DNA of 64,000 bases, taken from positions 43,706 through 107,705 of the forward strand of contig NZ_LXET01000009.1 of assembly GCF_001655005.1 (NCBI RefSeq), read 5' to 3'. The stretch comes from Hafnia paralvei ATCC 29927 (GTDB lineage Bacteria; Pseudomonadota; Gammaproteobacteria; Enterobacterales; Enterobacteriaceae). Numbering within the stretch: position 1 is the stretch's first letter; every line of letters starts with the position of its first letter. The notes under the pieces were generated by a model. It was not told the origin of the DNA. It was given only the letters and a program-made list of their open reading frames with translations, and searched no databases. The position numbers and the translations under genes were made by a program. This document shows positions 22,542-32,875 of this stretch, one piece after another.

Positions 22542-23546
22542 TTAGCGATAAGAAAACATCATCGTGACGGTGCCGTTATAATCCCCTGACTTAACGGGGG
22601 CGCCAGAGTTGATAGCCACAGGCTTAGCCGATACGTCAAACTGTTGAGCTTTGATGGTGTCGTGCACTGTTTCGTTCATATTGATGGGCTGACCCGTACT
22701 AACCCAACTCAGCTGTAGCCCCAAATTGTTACTGCCATCGCTATCCGTTTTGACAATACCCTGAGCTGCGTTGACATAACCACGGCTGGATGAGAATGTA
22801 ATTGCAACGGGAGTTGGAACGTCCCCACAGTCTGCGCCCACGCGAGCTTCTTGAGGGGGTACGACACCGCTGATAATGTCTGCCGAAGAGAGGTTGATCC
22901 AGCTCAGGTTGGCCTCACTCGCATTTAACTGGCAACTGGTGAAAATAACATTCAGGTTGAAAGCCCCCATGATAACGGGGATGCTTTGAGCGGTTTGCCT
23001 AAAATAGAGAGTACCCACCTGACCGGAAAAAGAATGAGCCCCAGCAGTCACTGCGCTGCCATTATTAAGAGAAACCAGGTCAACGCCAAACTCCGCGTTG
23101 AAACGTTGAGAGGCAGGGAACCCCGCGTTAGGTCGATTCAAAAAATTCGAAAACCAGACTGGCGAACGTCCTTCTGGCGTTTCATAGACTTCAATGCCTA
23201 ACCCACCCCCGGTTAATGACACCGCGGTATTCCCCTGAAAGTCTGGACCAAAAGGACTACTAGGATCAAACGACCCGCTCGGGTTGGCGTTTAATGTAGC
23301 GGTGGGCGCTTCGTCGTTATATTGACAAGTAAAGGTGACATTAAGAGTCGATAATACATAATTGCCACGCATTACCGGGTCAGTGTAATCCCTAGAAACA
23401 TAAATTGTTTTGGTTGTGCCAGGTAGCTCAATAGGAACATTGGTTTGGCAATCCGCAAACGATGTATTGCAAAATAAAATTACGGGCAATAATAAAATAC
23501 TGGCGTAATTAAAACGTATTTTTTTCAAAACGGAAATATTCCACAT
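22542..23546 (-). CDS. Putative two-domain fimbrial tip adhesin
   Basis: 334 aa, about double pilin size. Signal peptide and a C-terminal pilin domain (…GTVTMMFSYR). Confidence 0.6.
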   Translation of the reverse strand: MWNISVLKKIRFNYASILLLPVILFCNTSFADCQTNVPIELPGTTKTIYVSRDYTDPVMRGNYVLSTLNVTFTCQYNDEAPTATLNANPSGSFDPSSPFGPDFQGNTAVSLTGGGLGIEVYETPEGRSPVWFSNFLNRPNAGFPASQRFNAEFGVDLVSLNNGSAVTAGAHSFSGQVGTLYFRQTAQSIPVIMGAFNLNVIFTSCQLNASEANLSWINLSSADIISGVVPPQEARVGADCGDVPTPVAITFSSSRGYVNAAQGIVKTDSDGSNNLGLQLSWVSTGQPINMNETVHDTIKAQQFDVSAKPVAINSGAPVKSGDYNGTVTMMFSYR

Positions 23547-23547
23547 A

Positions 23548-26205
23548 TTATTTCACCTCGCCAGGCTGGCATGTAGCCGCAGCGGTTAATATCGAATTTT
23601 CTAGATCCTGCTGGCTAAGTTGATAGTTAATTTTGCACTGTTGATTAACCCCTTTACCCCATTGGGCAATCAGGGAACCTTTTTCTGGCAAACCACTTAA
23701 ATAGGTCACACCCTGCTCACCGACGATGCCCGCGTTGGCATTGTCGTTGCCGGCTTTATCTGCACTTTCATCTATCAGCGCAACGGTGGCGCCAAACGGT
23801 AGCGATTTGCCGTCCGAGCGGGTCAAGGTCATCATGACGCGATAGCCGACGTGGGCATTGAAACGCGCTCTCACCACCGCTCCGCGGGTTGGGATGACGT
23901 CTTTGGCGCTTTCCTCTATTTCCACTTTATCGCCTAAGCTGGTGGTATCGAGGCTGACGCGGGTACGGCGATACGGGCTGATATACGGCACAACCGCATA
24001 ACCACGTAAATCGGTTTTAACCCCGATGTTGTTCAGTATTTTGGTGTTATCGGCTCCCGATGCCGACACCAGTGCCACGGTTTCACCCAGCGGCTGTGAA
24101 AGCGTAATTCCTTCGCTGTGCGCAACGATGCCGCCCTGTACACCGTAGTTCACTCGACGAGTGTCTTTGCTGTAGCTGTAGCCAACGTTGCTGTTACCGT
24201 ACTGGCCTTGATAATTCAGGTTAGCGTTACCGCTGTCGCCTTCACCCTGATTGGCATAGCTTTCGGAAACGCTGTAGCTCAGATTGTTATCATCAAGCAA
24301 GGTGCCACTGACGCCCGCCATTTGCTGTACTCGACCATCTGAGCCATGGTTAACGCTGTAGTTAGCCCATGCTGATTTCACCCAGCGATCGAGCTGGATT
24401 GATACGGAGAAAGATATCTGCTTATCGTGCTTTTGATCTTCGTTGCTGATGTAGTTATCTGAATAGGCAATGTTATAGCTGATGCCATCCCAGGTATTGC
24501 TGTAGCCTGCCTGCAGCGTTTGTTCTTTGCTGCTGTCATCGTAGTAGTCTTGCATGCTAGCCGAAACATAGAGAGAACCCGCGTCTTCCCCTAGCTGCTG
24601 GTTAAGCGAACTTTCAATACGGCTGCGTTTGTGGGTGCGAATATTGTAATCGGTATAGTCATTATTCTGGTCATTCAATATGACGGAGTCATCAAGGCTG
24701 TAAAAGCCGCTAGTGGAATAGCGGTAACCGACTAAGCGGAGGTCGGTATCGGTCTCGGCAAAGGTTTTTGCATATAAGAAGCGATATGACTGACCCTGCG
24801 ATGAATTAGTATCTGGAAGCTGAGTGCGAGCCTGCGTGACGTCAACGGAAATTGCCCCGAAAGAGCCTAAGTTTTGCCCGTAGCCGAGCGCCGCCGCGGT
24901 ATAATTCTCTGTTGCCTGCATACCGCCATACAGCGTGATGCCTTTGCTAAAACCGTGAATCAGCGTGAATTGAGCAAAATCCGGTTTATCAGAACCGTAG
25001 CCGTTACGGTATTGACCCGCCGTCAGGCTAAATTTGGTGTGGCCTTCGCGCTGTAAAATAGGGACAGAGGAATAGGGCTGGATAAAGGTCTGCGTGCTGC
25101 CATCTTCTTCTTTGATTTTAACGGTTAAATCGCCGCCATCGGAGCTTGGATAGAGATCGGTAATCTCAAATGCGCCAGGCGTGACATAGCTTTGGTAAAC
25201 CATATAACCGTTTTGCTCAACGGTCACTTGGGCATTGGTTTTCGCAATGCCGCGGATCACCGGAGCAAAGTTTTTCTGGCTATCGGGAACCATGTCGTCA
25301 TCGGAGGCGAGCTGAACGCCTCGGAACTGAACGCTGTCAAAAACATCAGAGCCAGAGTAGCTATCACCTAGGGTTAAACCCGCTTTTAACGCGGCAATGG
25401 AGCGCTGCACATAGGTATTGACGTTGGTAAACTGACGAACACCGTTGTTGTCGTTCCAAGTGGAGTAGTTACGCAGGCGCCAAGCGCCCAAGTTCAAACC
25501 GCTGCGCAGGTTGAGATAGTAATTACTCTGATCGTCGCTGTCGTTGGCACCGGTGAAATTATAATTCAGCAGCAGGGCAGGGATACCGTCATCCCACATA
25601 GAGGGATCGACATACCCGCGCGCTGAATTCGAAACTAATAACTGCGGTACGCTAATATTTAAACGTTGATTCGAAAAGTCAAAATTCGTCTTAGCGGAGG
25701 GGATCGCTTGCAGTAATAAATTGCACTTTGCACTATCGGCCGGCTGAGTTGCGGTATCCGTATTGTCTTTCGTGGCGGCAGGCATCGGGGAATCCGTGCC
25801 TTTTTTTATCATGGCAAGAGCCGCATCGGTTTTGATACCGTAGTCTTTTAGCTCTTCTTCGGTAAAGCAAGGAATGAGCCCCGTCTTATCATTGGCGTTA
25901 GGCCCTTTATACGCAATAAAGGTCACTTCACGATGATCTACGGGGTTCTTGTTAAGATAAATATCGACGACATATTTACCCGGTATCTGACCGCCTTCTG
26001 GCAACGCGTAGGTAGAGAGATCGGTGACTTCATTGCTAGAGTCTATTTGCTCTAGAAATGCGGGGTCAAAGCCACCGGCAGCGTAGCCGTTGGCGGACAT
26101 GATCAGAAGCGTCAGTGCACTTAGCGAAAAATATCTATAACTTTCCTTGTGCAAAGAGTGCGATGGTGCCGAATGACTCTTTTTAGATATTTTTAACAGC
26201 ATCAT
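23548..26205 (-). CDS. Fimbrial outer-membrane usher (FimD/PapC family). The ORF is open to 26241.
   Basis: About 885 aa of large beta-barrel usher, following the chaperone gene. The start is probably MMLLKISKK… . Confidence 0.85.
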   Translation of the reverse strand: MMLLKISKKSHSAPSHSLHKESYRYFSLSALTLLIMSANGYAAGGFDPAFLEQIDSSNEVTDLSTYALPEGGQIPGKYVVDIYLNKNPVDHREVTFIAYKGPNANDKTGLIPCFTEEELKDYGIKTDAALAMIKKGTDSPMPAATKDNTDTATQPADSAKCNLLLQAIPSAKTNFDFSNQRLNISVPQLLVSNSARGYVDPSMWDDGIPALLLNYNFTGANDSDDQSNYYLNLRSGLNLGAWRLRNYSTWNDNNGVRQFTNVNTYVQRSIAALKAGLTLGDSYSGSDVFDSVQFRGVQLASDDDMVPDSQKNFAPVIRGIAKTNAQVTVEQNGYMVYQSYVTPGAFEITDLYPSSDGGDLTVKIKEEDGSTQTFIQPYSSVPILQREGHTKFSLTAGQYRNGYGSDKPDFAQFTLIHGFSKGITLYGGMQATENYTAAALGYGQNLGSFGAISVDVTQARTQLPDTNSSQGQSYRFLYAKTFAETDTDLRLVGYRYSTSGFYSLDDSVILNDQNNDYTDYNIRTHKRSRIESSLNQQLGEDAGSLYVSASMQDYYDDSSKEQTLQAGYSNTWDGISYNIAYSDNYISNEDQKHDKQISFSVSIQLDRWVKSAWANYSVNHGSDGRVQQMAGVSGTLLDDNNLSYSVSESYANQGEGDSGNANLNYQGQYGNSNVGYSYSKDTRRVNYGVQGGIVAHSEGITLSQPLGETVALVSASGADNTKILNNIGVKTDLRGYAVVPYISPYRRTRVSLDTTSLGDKVEIEESAKDVIPTRGAVVRARFNAHVGYRVMMTLTRSDGKSLPFGATVALIDESADKAGNDNANAGIVGEQGVTYLSGLPEKGSLIAQWGKGVNQQCKINYQLSQQDLENSILTAAATCQPGEVK

Positions 26206-26249
26206 GGTGTTCTCTAATAAAAGGAAATAGATATTTATCAATTAAGTGA

Positions 26250-26942
26250 TTAATTAGCGGTTGCACTAATAAGTTCAGATACGCCGCCGTAGTCATTAAT
26301 AAAAGCAAAGGTGACGTTATTTCCTGCTCCGGCAGGCCAAGCGTAGTGTGTCTCTGATTTTGGCAAGACCATGTTGATATCTTTAAGCGCTTTGCCTGAG
26401 AGGTTAATTTCATTAAAACTCACGGAATAATTGGTCGGGTTTTTCACCACGAGATCGTTGCCTTGGTGGCTCCACTGCAGCTGCTTGCCTGATTCTGCAG
26501 GATTGCCCGTCAGACCTTTAGGGCGATAGAACATTTTGATCCGCGTTTTGATCGCGAGCTGGAGCGTGTTCTGGGCGTTTGTGTTTTCAGGGACTGGCGG
26601 AATAGCTTTCACATTGATATAAAAAACAGATTCGCGATCGCTAGGCAGGTCGCCAGCGGTTTTCAAAATACGCATCATGTTTTCTTTTTCAGCGTCTAAA
26701 CGAAACAGCGGGGGGGTGATGGCAAATGGAACTTTTTTATTCCCATTTTCATCATCAATCCACGATTGAACCAGAAAATACTGGTCGCTATTTTTATTAT
26801 TTATCGTTATTGAGGCTTCTTTATTATTGGCGTCATAAACTACTCTTGTTGCGCCTAATACAATACCGCCAGAACCCGCAGCGAAAGCTGACTGAGAGGC
26901 TATTAATAATGCAAGTGAAGAAATAATTAATTTACCGTACAT
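26250..26942 (-). CDS. Periplasmic fimbrial chaperone (PapD/FimC family)
   Basis: 230 aa with a signal peptide and the conserved PapD-like N-domain (…PPLFRLD…). Confidence 0.85.
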   Translation of the reverse strand: MYGKLIISSLALLIASQSAFAAGSGGIVLGATRVVYDANNKEASITINNKNSDQYFLVQSWIDDENGNKKVPFAITPPLFRLDAEKENMMRILKTAGDLPSDRESVFYINVKAIPPVPENTNAQNTLQLAIKTRIKMFYRPKGLTGNPAESGKQLQWSHQGNDLVVKNPTNYSVSFNEINLSGKALKDINMVLPKSETHYAWPAGAGNNVTFAFINDYGGVSELISATAN

Positions 26943-27075
26943 AAAGATGACCTTTTTTAGTGTTAAAAGCCTGAGTGAACTCGGTTAATGTCGCTATATA
27001 AAGAGCAACATTAGCGAATAACACTCAGACTTGGTTTCTTCATCCGTTAGATAATGAAGAAGGGGGGTATTACCA

Positions 27076-27618
27076 TTATTGGTAAGTCAGCGTAAAATCA
27101 CTGGTTGCGTTAGCATCACCGGTGGTTGCAACGCCATAGGCTTGATAGTTAGCTGTGAAATAAAGCGATTGTGATGCGATACTTGGCGTTAACGTGATAG
27201 AGCTTGATGCTACGTTAGGTTTAATATCCACGCCTTTTGAATCGGCGACTTCAATACCCACATTCGTGGCCACAGTGCCGGCAGCGGTGCCATCTGGAGA
27301 TGAAATGTTAAACAAGGCATCTTTTCCAGCAGGACTTGATCCACCAAATGTTACCGTGACTGATTTAGCCGCAGCGGAACAATTCAGCAAATCAATTTGG
27401 AAGTTCTTAGCTGTCGATTTCAGCCCTGATGCGTTCAGGTCAGCGGCAGGCACTGTACCTAAATCAACAACCTGATTTGATGAAGGAATAGAAACGCTAC
27501 ACGGCGCATCTGAAATCTTACCTTTAAAATTGACAGTACCATCGGCAGCCATTACGGATGCAGATGCCAAACCAGCTAAAGACAATGCTAAGCAAAATGT
27601 AGTTTTCTTGAATGACAT
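27076..27618 (-). CDS. Major fimbrial subunit
   Basis: 180 aa, first gene of the operon. Signal peptide with AAD cleavage. Cys pair and pilin C-terminus …DFTLTYQ. Confidence 0.8.
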   Translation of the reverse strand: MSFKKTTFCLALSLAGLASASVMAADGTVNFKGKISDAPCSVSIPSSNQVVDLGTVPAADLNASGLKSTAKNFQIDLLNCSAAAKSVTVTFGGSSPAGKDALFNISSPDGTAAGTVATNVGIEVADSKGVDIKPNVASSSITLTPSIASQSLYFTANYQAYGVATTGDANATSDFTLTYQ

Positions 27619-27864
27619 AAAAATTTCCTTATAACCTATACTGAAAGTCCAATCATTTGGACGATTTTATTTTGTTGCATTAAACAACACGGGACTAATA
27701 TCAAGCCTAATCATTTCCTAAGACTGAGTTCGTTGACCGAACAGAGCAGAAAGAGCGACATTCACGATTAACTCAAATTGAATTAATTGACTCGGTAAAT
27801 GCTAAGCGTGATTTGGCTCAGATATTAAATAACTAATCGACTTCTTTCGTAACTGGGCCATATG

Positions 27865-27905
27865 TTATTCCTTTTTTTTCTTTTGCAAAGAGTCCAAAAA
27901 TAGAC
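27865..27905. promoter_or_regulatory. Conserved ~40-bp element in the fimbrial promoter region (copy A)
   Basis: TTCCTTTTTTTTCTTTTGCAAAGAGTCCAAAAATAGAC. A near-identical copy lies at 31183–31222. Confidence 0.5.
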
Positions 27906-28207
27906 TGTTGTTATTTTGGGTGAAACAACAAGGCGAAATGAATTGTTGATTAATTTATAAATAGAAAAAATAAATCCGCATTTAAAAAAATCAATAAAAT
28001 CAACGTCATTTTTCAGCGCTTGTTGCATGGGTAATTAATTCGTTAAATCCACTTAATATTGAATTAATTTATGCTTTACACATTCAGCCTGTAAAAGAAT
28101 GCGTATCTGAATGTATTAGCGAAAGCTTTAAACCTGTTTTTTAGAAAAAATATTCTATATAGCGAGGGGAGGCGCAGCTCCCCACTATCTTAAACTCATG
28201 CGATGCA

Positions 28208-29113
28208 TCATTGGGCGGATAAAACAGAAATAATATCACCCGCAATACTCGAGATTGGGGATGATTTGTCATAGATTAAATGTATGGATATTGACGGCAT
28301 CTTTTTTCCTTGATCAAGCGCGGTGACATTGAACGAAGGTGAAAATTTCTCATATAACCATTGGGGCATGACACCCAGTTTGTCCGAGTTTTCGATAATC
28401 GACAGCAATGCAAAGTAAGAATCGCTCTTTAATAATGTTATATTTTCACCAAGCGCTTGCCGAATTGCTACGTGTTGCTGAGTAAATTTGTCATCTGGCG
28501 TTTCAAAAGTGACAAATGTCTCAGCGCTGAAATCCTTGTTGATAAGCTTGTCCATTCTTGGATGCTGCTGGGAACAAAACAAATACATAGGCTCGTCTAA
28601 AACGGGAACGCAAATCATCGATCGGCTAGAGTTAGGTTTAAGCGCAAAAAACAGATCGTTCATCCGCAGCCTAACGCCGTGGATGTTATTTTTAGCGTCA
28701 GAAAAATTGCTTCTATGAATTATTTCGCAACTGGGATTTTTCGCCCATATGGCATTCGACACCTTTGGCAGCAGCCGAACAGAGATATAGGGGGAGCAAT
28801 GAATCGCTATTTTATTAAAATAATCGTTTTGACCAAATGAATTCACGTTGTTAACTAACTTATCAACGTCATCCTGTAATGATATAAACAGTTCTTGGGC
28901 TGTTTTTGTCGGCGATAGAACCAATCCATCTCTTAGGAAAAGCGGATCACCAAAGTGATACTTAAGTTTAGCTAAAGCATTAGATACCGCGGTGGTTGAA
29001 ATGCCGAGCGTTATACCTGCCTTAGTGATACTTTGATGAATAAATATCTCAATAAAAATAGGTAAAAGGTTAAGGTCTAACTTTTTGTTGGTGTTTTTAT
29101 CCTTAGAATTCAT
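28208..29113 (-). CDS. LysR-family transcriptional regulator (fimbrial-island copy 2, upstream of the operon)
   Basis: Paralogue of the 19755–20678 gene with the same HTH (LNLLPIFIEIFIHQSITKAGITLGISTTAVSNALAKLK). Confidence 0.8.
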   Translation of the reverse strand: MNSKDKNTNKKLDLNLLPIFIEIFIHQSITKAGITLGISTTAVSNALAKLKYHFGDPLFLRDGLVLSPTKTAQELFISLQDDVDKLVNNVNSFGQNDYFNKIAIHCSPYISVRLLPKVSNAIWAKNPSCEIIHRSNFSDAKNNIHGVRLRMNDLFFALKPNSSRSMICVPVLDEPMYLFCSQQHPRMDKLINKDFSAETFVTFETPDDKFTQQHVAIRQALGENITLLKSDSYFALLSIIENSDKLGVMPQWLYEKFSPSFNVTALDQGKKMPSISIHLIYDKSSPISSIAGDIISVLSAQ

Positions 29114-29243
29114 AATGTCCTCTGAACGTCATTTATTATCTCAGCGTAAAATAACCTGATATGCAGGTGCGTAAGCAATAGACAAAAACGGCTATGCTAT
29201 AATTTCGTGTGTACAATCCTATACATCATGTGGTGAAAACATA

Positions 29244-29912
29244 ATGCGTGAGTTTGAGACTAATATGACGGTTGGCTCCTCAGTTCAACCGATGGCTAAG
29301 CCTCTTAAGGCAATCAGTAGGCTGATGTCGCTCTTTCGCACAGAGTCAGTCCCACTTGTTTTTGAAAACGAGGATTGCATCGTCAGGTTGCATAACCCAT
29401 CGGGCGAATTACACGTTCTTCTCGTCGTAGAAGGCTTAGTTGATGCGTATCGCACTTCTGATGAACTCCTTTTCGCTACCGCGGCTGCTCCCGCAATCTT
29501 CGGTATGCAGGGCTCGGCTTATCGTTATGATATGTATACATTTCAATCTAATCCCGACAGCAAACTAGAAACATTGCCGCTAACGCGAGCCATTGAACTG
29601 GTGGCGCAGCACGGTCTCCTAGAAGACCTGTTGGCTTATCAAATTTATTTTAATGACTATCAGGCTTATCGAAATAACTTACTCATTAATAAATCAGCCT
29701 ACGAAATTGTTTGTGCATTGCTTTTTGAACTTGAAAAAATTCCCGCCGATAAACGGGCTCATATCAGCGTGCTAAATTTTATTCTTGCACGTAGCCATCT
29801 GGCACGTAGCGGGATTATGAAAATACTCGCTAATTTACGGCAAGGTCTTTACATCAATATTGAAAATGGAAAGTTAATTAGCATTATTCGTAAATTCCCT
29901 AAAGAATATTGA
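29244..29912 (+). CDS. Hypothetical protein with a possible C-terminal winged-helix/HTH (Crp-like fold?)
   Basis: 222-aa ORF with coding-like composition. The C-terminal segment …ARSHLARSGIMKILANLRQGLYI… resembles a DNA-binding helix. Function not established. Confidence 0.45.
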   Translation: MREFETNMTVGSSVQPMAKPLKAISRLMSLFRTESVPLVFENEDCIVRLHNPSGELHVLLVVEGLVDAYRTSDELLFATAAAPAIFGMQGSAYRYDMYTFQSNPDSKLETLPLTRAIELVAQHGLLEDLLAYQIYFNDYQAYRNNLLINKSAYEIVCALLFELEKIPADKRAHISVLNFILARSHLARSGIMKILANLRQGLYINIENGKLISIIRKFPKEY

Positions 29913-30042
29913 TATATTTTCTCAGATTAGTTCTTTATTGATAAGTCAATGACAATTCAACGAGCCCAGAAACAGCGCCCACTTGTGCGTTGCCTTTTGG
30001 CGTGATCATTCGGGTTTTAAGGCGTATGTGGCAGCATGTCAC

Positions 30043-30345
30043 TCAGCTCAATAGCCACATTTTGTGTATTTGCAGCGTAGGACAATTAACTCGCTCAATG
30101 TAAAATGGCATCGACTGACCAGCGCTGCCGGCGTCATGCATATCTGCAGAGCGCATTTTTCCTAAATGAACGCTGTTAGTGTCGCTAGAAGGATTGATAA
30201 CAGTAGAGACCGATTCCGTTATGGTTGCAGAAATATTAACCTCAGCATTATCCCCCTGAATAGAAGGTTCTTCGGTATATCCACATTCGGATAATGCCAG
30301 CGGGAAAAATAGCGTTAGCCACTGAGAGCAAGCCCTGTTAAACAT
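30043..30345 (-). CDS. Small secreted hypothetical protein
   Basis: 100 aa with an N-terminal signal-like hydrophobic segment, downstream of a fimbrial subunit gene. It may be a remnant. Confidence 0.35.
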   Translation of the reverse strand: MFNRACSQWLTLFFPLALSECGYTEEPSIQGDNAEVNISATITESVSTVINPSSDTNSVHLGKMRSADMHDAGSAGQSMPFYIERVNCPTLQIHKMWLLS

Positions 30346-30365
30346 ACTATCGTCCTTGTGCTAGC

Positions 30366-30908
30366 TTATTTGTAGGAAAAGGCCACGTTGATAACTGAAG
30401 ACACTCTGCCCGGTGTGACGCCGCCAGATTTTGTATACAGGCGTGCCGACAGCGGTATTAATGCGGCGCCGGTTTCAATAGGTATATCTATCACCTCATT
30501 ATTTCTTATTGGGTCGGTGCTGCCACTGGGTTTCAATTGCACGCTCACGTTTGTGGCTGCTCCCGTTCCTGTATCCATATTTAAGAAGCTACCAGCGCCA
30601 CCGTTGGGATCGGGGGGGCCAGTAAACGTCATCAAAACTTCCGTGGTTCCTGCAGGGCAATTGGCTAATTTTATCGTTGCCGTCGACGTCATCTCTGACC
30701 ATGCAGTATAAACATTGGCGCTTTCTAGCGTCGACGCTTCAATATTTCCCAAGGGAATGGTGAGGTTAGGCGATAGAACCACACAGGGGGAGGCCACGAC
30801 GTTTGCTGTCACCATCACGGCGGTCTGATCACCGGCAGCACTCGCTGTTGATGAGAGCGCGGCGAGTAAAAATAACCCACTCGTTGATTTCCAAAGTCTA
30901 TTTTTCAT
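30366..30908 (-). CDS. Orphan fimbrial subunit. The ORF is open to 30971, but the start is taken at MKNRLWK….
   Basis: Signal peptide …LSSTASAAGD, Cys pair, and pilin C-terminus …VINVAFSYK. Confidence 0.7.
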   Translation of the reverse strand: MKNRLWKSTSGLFLLAALSSTASAAGDQTAVMVTANVVASPCVVLSPNLTIPLGNIEASTLESANVYTAWSEMTSTATIKLANCPAGTTEVLMTFTGPPDPNGGAGSFLNMDTGTGAATNVSVQLKPSGSTDPIRNNEVIDIPIETGAALIPLSARLYTKSGGVTPGRVSSVINVAFSYK

Positions 30909-30974
30909 GGTAATTCGTAACCTAATGAATGGATAAAAATTATTTAACGGTATAGGCAACCGTTGTGACACCGA

Positions 30975-31140
30975 TGACGGTCCCCAGCGATGATGCTGTC
31001 TTTTAAGTGTCCTTCGCGTTGTAAAATGGGTACCGCTGAATAGGGCTGTACAAAATGTAGTTCGCTACCATCTTCTTCTTTGATGGTGACATCTAAATCA
31101 CCGCTGTCTCGATATTTAATAAAGATTGGCTCAGTAATTA
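30975..31140 (-). pseudogene. Fimbrial usher gene fragment (remnant of a second chaperone-usher operon)
   Basis: Nucleotide and protein similarity of 30995–31120 to an internal segment of the intact usher (25040–25160: …CCATCTTCTTCTTTGAT…). No intact ORF remains. Confidence 0.65.
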
Positions 31141-31182
31141 AATGATGAGTCGGAATATGTCCTCATTCCTGAGTGCAATATA

Positions 31183-31222
31183 TTCCTTTTTTTATTTTTG
31201 AAAAGAGTCCAAAAGTAGACCG
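31183..31222. promoter_or_regulatory. Conserved ~40-bp fimbrial promoter-region element (copy B), upstream of the usher remnant
   Basis: TTCCTTTTTTTATTTTTGAAAAGAGTCCAAAAGTAGAC. Confidence 0.5.
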
Positions 31223-31530
31223 AAATCGAGATGTGGAAATAAAGAGGGGAGTCAAGTGTTTTACTTAATTCAATAAATTGCCTGGCTAAATATGTTGTCA
31301 AAAAAAAGAGAATAATTAATAGGATAGGTGTGCTCTTTTATGTTCCAAAATATTTATTTAGGGAAAGTGAATATTGAATTAATTTATACTTACTGCTGGG
31401 GGCGGTGAAAATATCTGCGTTGAAGGGTGTTATTTTGCGGCAGCGGGATTGATTAAGGGAGGAATTGCCCAAGGGTTAATTGGGCATACATTAACTTAAC
31501 TGATTGCTGATCCTTCAGCACGGCGAAATT

Positions 31531-32364
31531 TTATTGCTCAATCTCTTTAGGCCGCAGAGACGGCTGGGTGAAATATTGTTTGTCATCCCAACGTAACATC
31601 GTTAGCTCTCCCCCCCAGCAGCAGCCCGTATCGAGAGCATAAACCTGCGATGGTGTCCCTTTACCCTGCAATGATGCCCAGTGACCGAAAGCAATGGAGT
31701 ATCCGGCATCCAGCACTTTGCTGGGCAAATCAAACCATGGTTTAAGAGGGGACGGCGCTTCACCTGGCGCATCTTTGCAGATCATGTCCAGTTCACCGCC
31801 AGGGAAACAATAGCGCATGCGGGTCAGCGCATTGGTAGAAAAGCGCAGGCGCTGAAGTCCGGTTAAACCGTCAATCCAGCTGTTGGGCATATCACCGTAC
31901 ATGGCATTTAAAAATAACGGATAGCTGTCACTGCTGAGTACGGCTTCAACTTCACGGGCGCATAGCTGTGCGGTAGCAATATCCCACTGGGGGCTGATAC
32001 CCGCATGGGCCATCACCAGTTTTAGCTTATCATCAACCTGCAGGATGGGCTGACGGCGTAACCAATTGATCAGGCTATCTGCATCAGGGGCATCCAGCAG
32101 CGGAGTAATTTGATCTTTGGGCTTATTACGGCTGATGCCTGCGTAGACCGCTAAAAGGTGTAAATCATGGTTGCCCAACACCATGCGAACGCTGTCGCCT
32201 AATGACTGTACGTAGCGCAGAACCTCTAGGGAGTCAGGGCCGCGGGCGACTAAGTCCCCGGTTAACCACAGCGTATCCTTAGCAGGATCAAAATCAGCTT
32301 GTTCCAATAGCGCCCGTAGCTCTGCGTAGCAACCGTGGACATCGCCAATCAATAATGTAGACAT
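31531..32364 (-). CDS. apaH: Bis(5'-nucleosyl)-tetraphosphatase, symmetrical
   Basis: [13 protein letters not shown]… metallophosphatase motifs (GDxHG, GDxxDRG, GNHE). 277 aa. Confidence 0.93.
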   Translation of the reverse strand: MSTLLIGDVHGCYAELRALLEQADFDPAKDTLWLTGDLVARGPDSLEVLRYVQSLGDSVRMVLGNHDLHLLAVYAGISRNKPKDQITPLLDAPDADSLINWLRRQPILQVDDKLKLVMAHAGISPQWDIATAQLCAREVEAVLSSDSYPLFLNAMYGDMPNSWIDGLTGLQRLRFSTNALTRMRYCFPGGELDMICKDAPGEAPSPLKPWFDLPSKVLDAGYSIAFGHWASLQGKGTPSQVYALDTGCCWGGELTMLRWDDKQYFTQPSLRPKEIEQ

Positions 32365-32421
32365 TCAAACCCTTCTTACTTGCTGCTCTGTCGCAACTCA
32401 AAATATTTTGTGAATATACAA

Positions 32422-32799
32422 CTAGTTAATTAGAGTTGGGATTGCTAAACGAAATACGGGAATCGCAATACGGAACTCCTGACCCTGATGGTCAATCATT
32501 TCATAATGACCTTCCATTGTGCCGCAAGGCGTTTCAATAATGGCACCGCTGGTGTATTGGAACTCATTGTTGGGCAAAATCAGTGGCTGTTCACCGATGA
32601 CGCCTTCGCCCTGAACTTCCGTCTGACGTCCGTTACCATTGGTAATCAGCCAGTAACGCCGCAGGAGCTGCACATTGAATCGTCCTAGATTCCTGATGGT
32701 GATGGTATATGCAAAAACAAAACGCTCTTCATCTGGAAGTGATTGGGTTTCGGCATAGGCACTTTGTACCTGAACACACACACGAGGTGAATCAATCAT
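32422..32799 (-). CDS. apaG: ApaG (DUF525) protein
   Basis: 125 aa, conserved apaG position between rsmA and apaH. Confidence 0.85.
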   Translation of the reverse strand: MIDSPRVCVQVQSAYAETQSLPDEERFVFAYTITIRNLGRFNVQLLRRYWLITNGNGRQTEVQGEGVIGEQPLILPNNEFQYTSGAIIETPCGTMEGHYEMIDHQGQEFRIAIPVFRLAIPTLIN

Positions 32800-32875
32800 A
32801 ATGTACGGCTCCCGTTATGACGTTGTCAGCGAGACCTATACCCTCATCGATTAAACGAAAAGGGCATTACACCCA

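Noticed and set aside
27619-28207. Searched the fimbrial promoter region for a fim/mrp-type invertible switch; also the 67-aa ORF at 27825–28028
   Set aside because: No flanking inverted repeats of 9–21 bp and no tyrosine recombinase gene were found in the island. The small ORF is AT-rich intergenic sequence.
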